This document shows positions 26,198-35,579 of a stretch of DNA of 64,000 nt, in pieces. Within the stretch, counting starts at the first letter, position 1. The number at the start of each line of letters is the position of its first letter. Where the stretch lies: positions 5,165-69,164 of IMG/VR virus record IMGVR_UViG_3300037464_000007. One strand, given 5' to 3'. The notes under the pieces were generated by a model that worked only from the letters and a program-made list of their open reading frames with translations, searched no databases and was not told the origin of the DNA. Position numbers and translations under genes: made by a program. This stretch comes from a virus.

Positions 26198-27988
26198 ATG
26201 ATGGAAACAATAATCAAGGCTCCTAACAATACTCGATATCTATCTGAGTTCTTAGAAGATTTACCAGACAACGCTTTTCTAAATAAAGTATTGACTGGAT
26301 GTGGAAATACATATCTAGCTTTAACTGCAAAAAAGAACTATGTAATAGCTGTTCCTTATATCAGCTTGATTAGAAATAAGTTAGCTTCTCATTCTACTGC
26401 ATTTGGAGTTTATGGAGATATTAAAGAATCTCAAATAATAGATTATCTAAACTCAGATGTTGAATATAAAAAGATTTTAGTTACTTATGATTCGTTAGGA
26501 AGATTAACTAGGTTATTAGACCCAACTGAATACAAGATTCTAATAGATGAAGCTCATAAATTAATAGATAGTGCAGCTTTTAGAACCGATGCTATCGAGA
26601 CTGTATTAGAGAACTACCCACTCTACAATACTTATTGCTTTGCTACAGCAACTCCAGTTAAAGACAAGTATCAATTACCGGAATTAGTAGATATTCCCAA
26701 ATATAAAGTTGAATGGGAAAATATCAAACCAGTAAACATTGAATATAGTTTCTTTGACAAAGATTTAAATAAAAGAATCGCAATCCTAATCATTAAGTTT
26801 CTAAACAATGAGTTAGAAGGCAATCCTTATTTCTTTATTAACTCAGTAACTTCTATTGTCCAGATTATTAAAGAATTAAAGAAAGCTGGTTATGATGACC
26901 CAAACTTATACAAAATTATCTGTGGAAATAACGATAAGAATTTAATTAAAATACATAAGAACTTAGGAAAGAAATATGGAATAGAGTTTACTACTGACCC
27001 ACTTAAGAAGGTTACTTTCTGTACTGCTACTTTATTTGAAGGTTCAGATATCTACGATGAGAATGGAGTAACTTATATAATCACAGATGGAACTAAAGAC
27101 TTTACTAAATACGATGTGTTAACTACTCTACCTCAAATTATTGGTAGATTAAGAGACAGCAAATATAAAGGAACTGTTTATGTTCTATTAACTCCTAGTT
27201 ACTACTTCTCTTATACTACTGTTGAAGAGTTTGAAGTAGAGATAAGAAAGCAGTTAGCTAAAGCTAGTGGATTAGTAGAAACTTATAAACAAGCAGAAGA
27301 TAATGAGATGACTAGAGAAGCCCTTAAGAAAGGTATTGAGTTCAATATGTATGTATTAGAAAGAAACGATACCTTGAAAGTTAATACTTCTGTACTCTAT
27401 TGTGAAATGCACAACTATGAAGCTTTACATACTCAGTATTACTACAAAGACTTTGCTATTGAAGGTCATATTGCTACAGTAGATATCAATACTATTCCTC
27501 ATACTTTTAAGAAAGCTAATCTAGAACTTAATGTAGAAGGACTTAATAAACTAAGACTGAGTAAGAAACCTAGCTTTAAAGATATGTGTTTGGACTATAT
27601 CAAATGCAAGGAAGAAAACGTCCCAACTCAGATAAGAGATATTGAGTTAGAGTTTCCAATTATAAAAGAAGCTTATGAGAAGTTAGGAGCCGATAAAATG
27701 AAAGCTCTTAATTACAGAAAGAACTTTTTAGAGGAAGCTTTAACTGTTACTTCCGAGTTAGATGATTCACAGAAGATAGTTAATCTACTTAAGTATAGAG
27801 TAGGAGAACTAATACCTAAGAAAGAGGCTAAAGCAAAGTTACAATCTATTTATGATACTCTTCATATAAAGAAAAATGCTAAAGCTACTGATTTAAGTAA
27901 TTGGTATTCTGTGACTGATTATAATAAGAGAGTGGAGGGACAAGTAACTACGTTTATCAAAATACTAACTTGTAATGTGAGAATGTAG
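26198..27988 (+). CDS. SF2 DEAD/DEAH-box helicase-like protein (origin-binding type) with C-terminal helical/wHTH region
   Basis: Degenerate Walker A KVLTGCGNT, Walker B ILIDEAH, motif III ATATP, FEGSDIY, QIIGRLR. Confidence 0.75.
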   Translation: MMETIIKAPNNTRYLSEFLEDLPDNAFLNKVLTGCGNTYLALTAKKNYVIAVPYISLIRNKLASHSTAFGVYGDIKESQIIDYLNSDVEYKKILVTYDSLGRLTRLLDPTEYKILIDEAHKLIDSAAFRTDAIETVLENYPLYNTYCFATATPVKDKYQLPELVDIPKYKVEWENIKPVNIEYSFFDKDLNKRIAILIIKFLNNELEGNPYFFINSVTSIVQIIKELKKAGYDDPNLYKIICGNNDKNLIKIHKNLGKKYGIEFTTDPLKKVTFCTATLFEGSDIYDENGVTYIITDGTKDFTKYDVLTTLPQIIGRLRDSKYKGTVYVLLTPSYYFSYTTVEEFEVEIRKQLAKASGLVETYKQAEDNEMTREALKKGIEFNMYVLERNDTLKVNTSVLYCEMHNYEALHTQYYYKDFAIEGHIATVDINTIPHTFKKANLELNVEGLNKLRLSKKPSFKDMCLDYIKCKEENVPTQIRDIELEFPIIKEAYEKLGADKMKALNYRKNFLEEALTVTSELDDSQKIVNLLKYRVGELIPKKEAKAKLQSIYDTLHIKKNAKATDLSNWYSVTDYNKRVEGQVTTFIKILTCNVRM

Positions 27989-28013
27989 GTAAAAAATCAA
28001 GATATGAAAATGT

Positions 28014-28054
28014 ATGTATTTTTAACGATTCTTGTAAGAAAAGTACCTACAAAT
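28014..28054 (-). repeat. inverted copy of the 41-bp segment 26065-26105, including a third 19-bp motif
   Basis: Reverse complement matches 32/41 by hand alignment; core tgtaggtacttttcttaca. Confidence 0.7.
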
Positions 28055-28227
28055 TATTAAGATTAGTTAACCAGAAATTATTCAATAATTAGATATAACA
28101 ATAATTACAGTTGTCAATTTTTCTGGTTATAAGTTCTGATACTTTTTTCTGCTTTGGTTAGGAGTCTATTAGCTACAATACTGCAAATTTGGTATCACTA
28201 ATTTCTTTATAACTCCGTGGTAATCAA

Positions 28228-28253
28228 CAAAAAAGCTGGCTCCGATACCAGCT
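28228..28253 (-). terminator. intrinsic terminator-like hairpin
   Basis: AGCTGG-8 nt-CCAGCT with an A6 tract on the + strand. Confidence 0.45.
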
Positions 28254-28411
28254 AAAGTAAAATTCAACAAACGCATGAAACAAAATCGACTCTAACCCTA
28301 GAATCTATTAATATTATAACAGATAATAAGAGGTGGGATAACAAAGTCTCATCTCTTTACTCTTTAAGATATTGTGTTATTATATAGAAAACCACAACGA
28401 GATAACCAACT

Positions 28412-29200
28412 ATGTCGCAAACTTACGAATTACCCGGAAAGACATTTTCTATTAACGTTCCACATCCAACATTAGGAGTACCAGTAACTATAGGTACAGT
28501 TTGTTACAAGGAAGAAAGAACATATCTTATAAATGACGACATCTTTATCATCTTCGACTTTATTACTAAATATCAAGATGTTTTGTATTATAGTGTCCTT
28601 TGTTTAGATGAAGAGAAAGGTTATGGACTACCTCAAGGAGATTACTTATTAATTCAAAGGGATGAAGAAGGTAATGTGCTACCTATTAACGATAAGTTTA
28701 GTGGTTATATCAAACTTCCTATTATAGAGAAAGATAGAACAACTTCTTTTTCTATTGGTTGGTTGGTAAATGGTGCGATTGATTTTAACTATGGAAATAG
28801 AAGAGATGGTAAGCTACATCCAAGTTTAAAATACTACGTTGATAATAGCACTGACCATAGAGAAGATGTAGAACAAGAGTCTGTATCTTCTATTAAAGAA
28901 AATCCTAATATTGTTCCTAGTAAATTTCTATTCTTAGATGAGACTTATCAAGGTTATTTTATAGATGATGAGTTTTACTTACCTTTCAACAATTTTATAG
29001 TGCATAACGAAGAGAAATTGTGGGATTTAATGCAAAGTATAGATAAGAGTCTTCTTAAGTATATTGCTGCTGATAGACACGGCAATTTTAGAGTATTAAC
29101 AGAAGCTTTTGAGAAGGTCAATGAAACTAAGATAAGTTTAGTACCTTGGAAAGAAATACTAGATAAATTAACTTTTATTAAAAGAGAAAAGACTAAATAA
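28412..29200 (+). CDS. hypothetical protein
   Basis: 262 aa ORF. Confidence 0.75.
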   Translation: MSQTYELPGKTFSINVPHPTLGVPVTIGTVCYKEERTYLINDDIFIIFDFITKYQDVLYYSVLCLDEEKGYGLPQGDYLLIQRDEEGNVLPINDKFSGYIKLPIIEKDRTTSFSIGWLVNGAIDFNYGNRRDGKLHPSLKYYVDNSTDHREDVEQESVSSIKENPNIVPSKFLFLDETYQGYFIDDEFYLPFNNFIVHNEEKLWDLMQSIDKSLLKYIAADRHGNFRVLTEAFEKVNETKISLVPWKEILDKLTFIKREKTK

Positions 29201-29265
29201 AAACTTTATCTAAGTATAATCAGTTTAGAGATAGAAGTTGTATTTTATCTCTACTCTTTACTATC

Positions 29266-29565
29266 TTGTGTTATAGTAGAGAAAACAGATTGGAAGATAA
29301 AGACATGGAATTTGATTATAAAGGTTACAAGTTAAAGGTATGTATTTCACGTTCAATAGCATCTTTTGAGAAGACAGAATATTGTTTAAAAGCTGAGTGT
29401 AGGTTATTAGGTTTTGAATTCTTCAGTAAGATGGATGAAGGTGTTTTTGAGAGATTAGCTAAAGAGTTTAAAGAACACGTTGAATACATAAATCTACAAT
29501 TTAGAAGACTAAGTTTAGCATTATATGCAGAAACAAAAGAAACTAGCTCGTTAATACCTAACTAA
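29266..29565 (+). CDS. hypothetical protein (start probably MEFDYKG)
   Basis: ORF in + cluster. Confidence 0.55.
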   Translation: MCYSRENRLEDKDMEFDYKGYKLKVCISRSIASFEKTEYCLKAECRLLGFEFFSKMDEGVFERLAKEFKEHVEYINLQFRRLSLALYAETKETSSLIPN

Positions 29566-29586
29566 AGGATTAAAAGATAAAAGAAG

Positions 29587-30114
29587 ATGATTAATGCAGA
29601 ACGTTACGAAGAAATTATTTCAGAACTAAGAGAAAATGTAGAAGATAAAGAAAAAACGTTAGAACTTATCAATGAGTTATCTAAAACTACCGATGTGTAT
29701 AAAAAGTCTTTAGTTTGTGATAATTACGTTAAGATAGGTCGGCTAACTACTAGAAATGAATTATTGTTAGATCCTCCAGTAGTAGATAGTCTAGATAATT
29801 CTCAACCTATTAACTATTACTATCCGGGCTATTACGGTAAATTTACGGATTATGATTTCTACGTTTCTTTATGTAACACATTAGACGGAGAACCTAATTA
29901 TGTAAAAGAAGAAGTGAATAGTTCAGGAGGTGTTTTAGGTTATGTAGTTTCTCTAGCTAATAACAGTGTTTGTAAATTTGTCTTCTACGACCAATACAAA
30001 ACAGGAGAAGAAAAAGCAATAGCAATTACAGACGGAGAAAGTCGTCTTAGACGTGGTTCTAAAATAGTAAAAATAGAAATGCCTGATGGTTCACATACTG
30101 AGGTAAATATTTGA
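29587..30114 (+). CDS. paralog family A (divergent)
   Basis: YKKSL..VKIGRL..YYPGYY..VLGYVV..FYDQYK. Confidence 0.7.
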   Translation: MINAERYEEIISELRENVEDKEKTLELINELSKTTDVYKKSLVCDNYVKIGRLTTRNELLLDPPVVDSLDNSQPINYYYPGYYGKFTDYDFYVSLCNTLDGEPNYVKEEVNSSGGVLGYVVSLANNSVCKFVFYDQYKTGEEKAIAITDGESRLRRGSKIVKIEMPDGSHTEVNI

Positions 30115-30359
30115 TAATGATTAATGAGAAATTTGAGGAGTTGAAGAAACTAACGTTAGAAGCTTTGAGTAATAGTGAATATGGCTCTGGAATCTATGTC
30201 AAAGAAGCACATTATTTCATAGCTGGTTCATCTGATAAAGACGGTAATCAAATGGAGTTTGGTAGTTATCCGATTAGTTTATTAGAAGAATATAATAAGT
30301 TCATTGAGGATAATTTACCTAATAGAGAAGATAAGGAAGTAAAAGAAAATGACAAATGA
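30111..30359 (+). CDS. hypothetical protein
   Basis: 82 aa coupled ORF. Confidence 0.6.
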   Translation: MIMINEKFEELKKLTLEALSNSEYGSGIYVKEAHYFIAGSSDKDGNQMEFGSYPISLLEEYNKFIEDNLPNREDKEVKENDK

Positions 30360-30506
30360 AACAAGAGTAATTCTACTATCTAGAGAAGTAACTGAAAGTC
30401 TTGGTTTTTGGGATGGATATACTAAGGAAGAGAAAGATAGATGTTATGGCAGAAATTAGTAGAAGCTGAAGCTAAGCAAAAGTAGTAACACTAAAAATAA
30501 ATAAAG

Positions 30507-30546
30507 AAGAGGTGATAGATTTGATTCTACTACCTCTTTTTTCTTT
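30507..30546. terminator. bidirectional intrinsic terminator
   Basis: AAGAGGT..ACCTCTT followed by a T-tract, between convergent clusters. Confidence 0.6.
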
Positions 30547-30552
30547 CATTTC

Positions 30553-30939
30553 TTAATCCTCAATATCTTTAGAGTCTGCGTAATTAATAATGTCTTCATA
30601 GATACCGAAATACCAACCAGTAGAGAAAGGTTTATTTTCATGTATCTTATCATGACTATAATCAGCTTCCCAATCCCATTCTTTAAGAAGTCCGTAATTA
30701 GATTCTCCACCGTCATTAAAATCAAAGTACTTTCTATCTGAACCATAAACGTAAAATCCCCAATCTCCGAATTTTATCTTAGAATCTGGGAAGTTCTGAA
30801 ATAGTAATAGCAGTCCATTAACAAATTTATATGAACCTAGATATTTAATAGGGATGTTAGTTAAAGGTGATTCTACTTCTACTTGGATTTCTCTAAGTTC
30901 TCCAGATGATTCTTCTACAATTGCGGTAACTTCAGGCAT
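30553..30939 (-). CDS. hypothetical protein
   Basis: 128 aa with GGAG RBS. Confidence 0.7.
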   Translation of the reverse strand: MPEVTAIVEESSGELREIQVEVESPLTNIPIKYLGSYKFVNGLLLLFQNFPDSKIKFGDWGFYVYGSDRKYFDFNDGGESNYGLLKEWDWEADYSHDKIHENKPFSTGWYFGIYEDIINYADSKDIED

Positions 30940-31004
30940 TTTAATCTAACTCCGTTACTACTTCAAATTTAGGCCATCTATATTTAGATAGTATTTCTAT
31001 AGCT

Positions 31005-31205
31005 TTATCTAAAGTATCTGAGACAAAAAAACATAAGACAACCATCAATTGTATAAATTTTATTCTCCTCATCTTTGACTATCGTTATGTGACTGTTATC
31101 TGCTAATCCTATAGGTGTTAATGTTTTATTTAGCTTTTCACTAAACTCAAAAATATTATAAGGGTAATACTGAGTTCTTGTACCATCAAATAAATCTATG
31201 TTCAT
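31005..31205 (-). CDS. hypothetical protein
   Basis: 66 aa ORF. Confidence 0.55.
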   Translation of the reverse strand: MNIDLFDGTRTQYYPYNIFEFSEKLNKTLTPIGLADNSHITIVKDEENKIYTIDGCLMFFCLRYFR

Positions 31206-31210
31206 ATTAA

Positions 31211-31513
31211 TTACTCTTCCTCCTCTTCTTCTTCAATTTCTTTGATATAAAATCTCCAAAGTCTATTAGTTTGTAGTTGATCATAGATATTTGTAGAATC
31301 TACCATGTACTCATTCCAATCCAATGACTCTAAATATTCATCTTCAGTATCTCCTAATAAACTATCGTCTTGAGGTATTGCATCTCTTTTAAAAGGTAAG
31401 ATAAAACTTATATACGATGATGAACTATCACCTCCACCTTCTATTCTACCATCTGGATATTTAGTAAATAGAAAGTTAAGACCTTGGATTATGTTATTAG
31501 TTTCTTGATTCAT
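31211..31513 (-). CDS. hypothetical protein (paralog of 33386..33658)
   Basis: NQETNNIIQGLNFLFTKYPDGRI..LESLDW vs NEETNKVFDGINILLKYYPNANI..LEKLDW. Confidence 0.7.
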   Translation of the reverse strand: MNQETNNIIQGLNFLFTKYPDGRIEGGGDSSSSYISFILPFKRDAIPQDDSLLGDTEDEYLESLDWNEYMVDSTNIYDQLQTNRLWRFYIKEIEEEEEEE

Positions 31514-31851
31514 TCTTCTTTATACAATCTATTTAATTTATTAACTACTGAGTCTTTCTCTTGTTTCTCTTTCCACTGATTAGCTAACTCTTGATAGTGA
31601 CTAATCATCTCCAACACTTCATTTGAGTTGCTAGACACTAAAGCAATCATTTCTAGCTTTACATTCTCAATATGGAGAGTTAATATATTTCCGCTAGTAA
31701 ACCAAGGTGCATTATCTCTTTTAAATAAACTTACTTTATCAGGAAATAAGCAGTTTGGGATAGCTGCATAGATTGGATTGATTATCTTTTGTTTTATCGG
31801 CCAAATAGTATTTTGATAAATATAGTAATCAGTGACTTCTGCTATTTTCAT
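31510..31851 (-). CDS. hypothetical protein
   Basis: 113 aa coupled ORF. Confidence 0.65.
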   Translation of the reverse strand: MKIAEVTDYYIYQNTIWPIKQKIINPIYAAIPNCLFPDKVSLFKRDNAPWFTSGNILTLHIENVKLEMIALVSSNSNEVLEMISHYQELANQWKEKQEKDSVVNKLNRLYKEE

Positions 31852-31854
31852 AAT

Positions 31855-32088
31855 TTAGCTCTCCCAAGTAAGATGCTCTTTGTATTTTTCGTCATCAGAG
31901 AAAATATAACCCCACTCTTGCAAATCACTCAAAAAGTTAAGGTCTATCTTCCAACTTTTTTCAGTATCAAACTTAATTACAACTACTGTTCCATAATCAC
32001 TTTCTACTAACTGAAGAACTTCTAGTACATTAATAAGAACAATATTACCAAAATAGTCTTTAACTTCTTGAACTAAATATTTGTGCAT
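31855..32088 (-). CDS. hypothetical protein
   Basis: 77 aa coupled ORF. Confidence 0.65.
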   Translation of the reverse strand: MHKYLVQEVKDYFGNIVLINVLEVLQLVESDYGTVVVIKFDTEKSWKIDLNFLSDLQEWGYIFSDDEKYKEHLTWES

Positions 32089-32603
32089 TATCTAATCACA
32101 TCTACTATTTTCATTTCAAGAGCTTCACTAGCGTCTAAATACTTATCGGTTATCAACCATTCTTTAGTTATTTGAGGAGATTTAGATTGATAAATAACAA
32201 CAAGTTTATCCATTAACCTCTCTGAGTATCCAATTCGTGCTTTACAGTTACTAAAAGTGTTATCTGACCAATGATATAGCTCGTGAAAAGATAAGGTCGC
32301 ATTTTTATACATTATGACTTTGTGTTTAGTAAACAACAAGAAAGTAGCAGCAGAAGCTACAAATCCTAAAACATATATAATAATATCTAGTCTTGTATTT
32401 TGAAGAATATCATATAGTTTAAGCCCTTCAAAGGTATGTCCACCATCAGAAGTTATATAGAAATTAAAAGAAGTAATGTTATTATCTTTTTCCATTTTAT
32501 TTATTTGTTGATGAAGTTCATTAACTGACTGAGGATTGATTTCACCTACTAAATACAGGTTATTGTCAATTCTATCTACTTGATAAACAAAGGGATTTGT
32601 CAT
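32088..32603 (-). CDS. clpP: ClpP-like serine protease
   Basis: FYITSDGG..GLKLYDIL..VASAA (catalytic Ser)..FHE (His)..YLDASEALEMKIVD. Confidence 0.85.
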   Translation of the reverse strand: MTNPFVYQVDRIDNNLYLVGEINPQSVNELHQQINKMEKDNNITSFNFYITSDGGHTFEGLKLYDILQNTRLDIIIYVLGFVASAATFLLFTKHKVIMYKNATLSFHELYHWSDNTFSNCKARIGYSERLMDKLVVIYQSKSPQITKEWLITDKYLDASEALEMKIVDVIR

Positions 32604-32606
32604 AAA

Positions 32607-33404
32607 TTAAACCTCTACTATTAATTGATATTGAAACTTATCATTCGAGCCTTCTGTACTAGAATTATTTGAGTAACTGATGCAAGTATCGGGAGCTTTT
32701 AGATAACCTCTTGGATTAGATATTGCTCTGCATCTATCTGAGAATTGATAGTCAACGCTTTCATGAGAATGTTCAAAAGTAACTAAATCGAATTTATTTA
32801 AATATTTTCCGATTTCATTGAGATAGAAACAATTCATTTCATTACCCACGTATTTCTCAGATATGAATCGACTATGAGGAATGTGATGAGTAATTAACAC
32901 TTTCTTGCTTTCATCATCTGAGATGTTCTTGATAAACTGAATAGCTTTTCTACTCCACGCATCTGGGTTAAAGTCTTGGATACATCTATAATCATTCATG
33001 TAGTAGCGATTCATTGAGGTGTCTACATTCTCTTCAAACCAAAGAGTAGTTCCGTAGAATGTAATATCTTCTATACTCGAACTTTCATTTTCTAAAACAG
33101 AGACGTTACTATAACAATACTTTTCTAAGTTAGTTTTACGAGATTTAACTTCTTGAGGAGAACAGCCATAGTATTCGTGATTATCTAATACATAAATTAT
33201 TTCTTGATATCTATCTACTAAGATATCTAAGAACGTGTAAAGATTAATCATGTCTCGCCAACTGCAAATATCTCCGGCTAATATAAGTATTTCAGCGGTA
33301 GACGTAATAGATAGTCTTGAAGCTAACCTAACTGTTTGTTCAAAGTTAAGAAATTCTAAATGTAAATCAGAAACTATTTGTATTTTCATGTGTCTATTGT
33401 CCAA
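32607..33404 (-). CDS. calcineurin-like metallophosphoesterase
   Basis: SDLHLE, LAGDI, DNHE (normally GNHE), ITHH, EHSH (normally GHxH). Confidence 0.85.
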   Translation of the reverse strand: MDNRHMKIQIVSDLHLEFLNFEQTVRLASRLSITSTAEILILAGDICSWRDMINLYTFLDILVDRYQEIIYVLDNHEYYGCSPQEVKSRKTNLEKYCYSNVSVLENESSSIEDITFYGTTLWFEENVDTSMNRYYMNDYRCIQDFNPDAWSRKAIQFIKNISDDESKKVLITHHIPHSRFISEKYVGNEMNCFYLNEIGKYLNKFDLVTFEHSHESVDYQFSDRCRAISNPRGYLKAPDTCISYSNNSSTEGSNDKFQYQLIVEV

Positions 33405-33658
33405 CGATGATTGTTTTTACTTATATACCAATCTAGTTTCTCTAATCTCCCTAAATCCTCACCAGAAAACTTACTTAAGTAGTAACTGTAACTATTTGTG
33501 TCATCACAATAATCTGCTATATCATCCTCTAAAGAATCCCCAAAATATATCTCTCTGTAATCTGCTCTAATATTTGCATTTGGATAATACTTGAGTAGAA
33601 TGTTTATCCCGTCAAATACTTTATTAGTCTCTTCATTAGTACATTGGTTAGTTATCAT
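33386..33658 (-). CDS. hypothetical protein (paralog of 31211..31513)
   Basis: Shared N- and C-terminal motifs. Confidence 0.7.
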   Translation of the reverse strand: MITNQCTNEETNKVFDGINILLKYYPNANIRADYREIYFGDSLEDDIADYCDDTNSYSYYLSKFSGEDLGRLEKLDWYISKNNHRWTIDT

Positions 33659-33660
33659 AT

Positions 33661-33876
33661 TTAAAAATCACAAATTAAATAATTGATACTAAAATCTGTA
33701 AACTCTACTACTTCAACGTCTATCTGTCTACATTCTTTGTAGTATTTAGCTTCCCAAATAGCAGTTTCTTTTTCTCTATAAACTAGAACTAGCCCGGTTT
33801 CTTCATCTCTTATGTAATTGTTGTTTAGTAGAAGCACCCAGAACGTAAAACCAAACTTACCATCTTTGTTGAACAT
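33661..33876 (-). CDS. small paralog family B
   Basis: EETGLVLVYREKETA. Confidence 0.7.
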   Translation of the reverse strand: MFNKDGKFGFTFWVLLLNNNYIRDEETGLVLVYREKETAIWEAKYYKECRQIDVEVVEFTDFSINYLICDF

Positions 33877-33889
33877 TGTTCGTAGTGAA

Positions 33890-34111
33890 CTAGTTATCTA
33901 CTATTATGTAGTAATTCTTATCTAAGTAAGTTAGCTCTAATGGAATAACTTGTGTCATTCGGAACTCTGAGTCTAGATTACTAGCTTCTTCTTCAGCTAT
34001 TTCTTTCTTAGTAAATAGAGCTATCTTATCTGTTTCTTCTTCTCTAACAACATCCCAACCTAGGACTTTTCCATTTAGTAGAGTGTCAGTATAGTGAATT
34101 ATCCAGTACAT
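33890..34111 (-). CDS. small paralog family B
   Basis: EETDKIALFTKKEIA. Confidence 0.7.
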   Translation of the reverse strand: MYWIIHYTDTLLNGKVLGWDVVREEETDKIALFTKKEIAEEEASNLDSEFRMTQVIPLELTYLDKNYYIIVDN

Positions 34112-34113
34112 TT

Positions 34114-34323
34114 TTAAATAGATAATACACCTACATCGTCGTTATCACCTACTGGAATTACTTGTACTAAATAGTAGTTATTAGCTATTTGGCAAGCTAG
34201 CATCTCTGCATTTTCTTTTTTCTTAAATAAGATTAACTGTTCTTCTTTATTTTCTAGTAAGTAAGTTCCTTTGTTATCTGTAACTAAAAGTCCATGTAAA
34301 TTAAGAGTTTCCATTTCAATCAT
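34114..34323 (-). CDS. small paralog family B
   Basis: KEEQLILFKKKENA. Confidence 0.7.
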   Translation of the reverse strand: MIEMETLNLHGLLVTDNKGTYLLENKEEQLILFKKKENAEMLACQIANNYYLVQVIPVGDNDDVGVLSI

Positions 34324-34552
34324 CCGTTATTTGATAGTTATCCATTTCCCCTGGCCAATACTCATTAACTACTATAAGAGTAGAATGGGTACTTAATTCA
34401 TCTGCTACTTTTAGGGCTGTCTCTCTATCTGTATATACTAAAAGTTTATTATTTAAAGGATTGCGATACCAGATTGGTTCCGTTAAATTACCGTCAACCC
34501 AGTAATAACAAAGGAAAGCATAGTAATGAGGAGCAGCGCCTAAAGGTGACAT
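34316..34552 (-). CDS. small paralog family B
   Basis: NNKLLVYTDRETA. Confidence 0.7.
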   Translation of the reverse strand: MSPLGAAPHYYAFLCYYWVDGNLTEPIWYRNPLNNKLLVYTDRETALKVADELSTHSTLIVVNEYWPGEMDNYQITDD

Positions 34553-34557
34553 AGGAA

Positions 34558-34815
34558 TTAACGTGGAGGTAATAGTTGTTCGGATTGAGAAGTAGGAGAA
34601 TAATCAAAGTTAATATTCTTCCTTAAATCTGGACTAATAATTAGAGTTACAAATGCAGCTAAAAATAATAATCCCCAAGGAAATGATTCTTTTTGAGGTG
34701 GTGGAGTAAAAGGAGATGAGAAGGGAGAGTTAGGTATATTTTTGAAACTTACTTTATCTTTATCGAACAGAGCTTTAGGGTCTAAATCTGTAACTTCAAC
34801 TAAATATTTGCTCAT
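34558..34815 (-). CDS. small membrane protein
   Basis: Pro-rich linker then TM FPWGLLFLAAFVTLIIS. Confidence 0.7.
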   Translation of the reverse strand: MSKYLVEVTDLDPKALFDKDKVSFKNIPNSPFSSPFTPPPQKESFPWGLLFLAAFVTLIISPDLRKNINFDYSPTSQSEQLLPPR

Positions 34816-35198
34816 TGTGTTTCTTCCTCTGTAAATAGTAATAACTTATCAATTAATCTGTCTTCTAATATGTTTTCTAACTTATACCAGTAACTAATCT
34901 CTTCTTTAGAAGATTCGTTATGGTAGTACACCCAGATATTTTCTCTGTCTTGTTCAATTTCTAAATCTAGATGATGAGGATACTTGTCCCAATATAGAGT
35001 TATTTCTGGATACCTGAAATCGTTATTACTGAACGACATCTCTGGAACACTTAAATTCTTATGGTAGTTTAATTCAATATAATACTTAAGAAAATTCCAA
35101 TGTTTGATTGTAGTAGATACTAAATTATTAGCATCTATTTTAATAATAGTTTCACGATAAGACTCTATTTCATCGAATAACTTTTGTTCTTTGTTCAT
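34812..35198 (-). CDS. paralog family C
   Basis: LSVPEMS..LYWDK..HHLDLEIE..KLLLFTEE. Confidence 0.7.
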   Translation of the reverse strand: MNKEQKLFDEIESYRETIIKIDANNLVSTTIKHWNFLKYYIELNYHKNLSVPEMSFSNNDFRYPEITLYWDKYPHHLDLEIEQDRENIWVYYHNESSKEEISYWYKLENILEDRLIDKLLLFTEEETQ

Positions 35199-35575
35199 AT
35201 TTCCTCAGTAAATAATAGGACTTTATTGTAAATGTCAGTTGGAATACCGTAAGGAGGAGTTAGAGGTTCGTAATGTTTCTCCCAAACTAATCCTCTTTCA
35301 TCATTTTCAAAATAGTAGTAGGAGTCTTTTTCAGTTATATCAACTAATAAGTCCGTAGAAACGTCTTTATAATCTTCTTCTAACCACCATTGAAATTCTA
35401 CGTGATTATTATTAATACGCACTTCTGGGACTTTAAGCTTTCTGTTATAACTTTTAGCTTGGAGTTTAAAAGCAAACCAGTAGTTTCTAGCAATATTTAT
35501 AAGCTTATCGTAACTCTTACCTCTTATTTTCTGTTGTCTGTCTAAATACTGTTCTATATTTTTTAGCTTTGGCAT
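35195..35575 (-). CDS. paralog family C
   Basis: LKVPEVR..FQWW..KVLLFTEE. Confidence 0.7.
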   Translation of the reverse strand: MPKLKNIEQYLDRQQKIRGKSYDKLINIARNYWFAFKLQAKSYNRKLKVPEVRINNNHVEFQWWLEEDYKDVSTDLLVDITEKDSYYYFENDERGLVWEKHYEPLTPPYGIPTDIYNKVLLFTEEI

Positions 35576-35579
35576 TTAA

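Noticed and set aside
23575-33570. ORFs 23575..23760 (+), 30546..30746 (-), 31789..32010 (+), 33250..33570 (+)
   Set aside because: Antisense or out-of-frame overlaps with better-supported genes.
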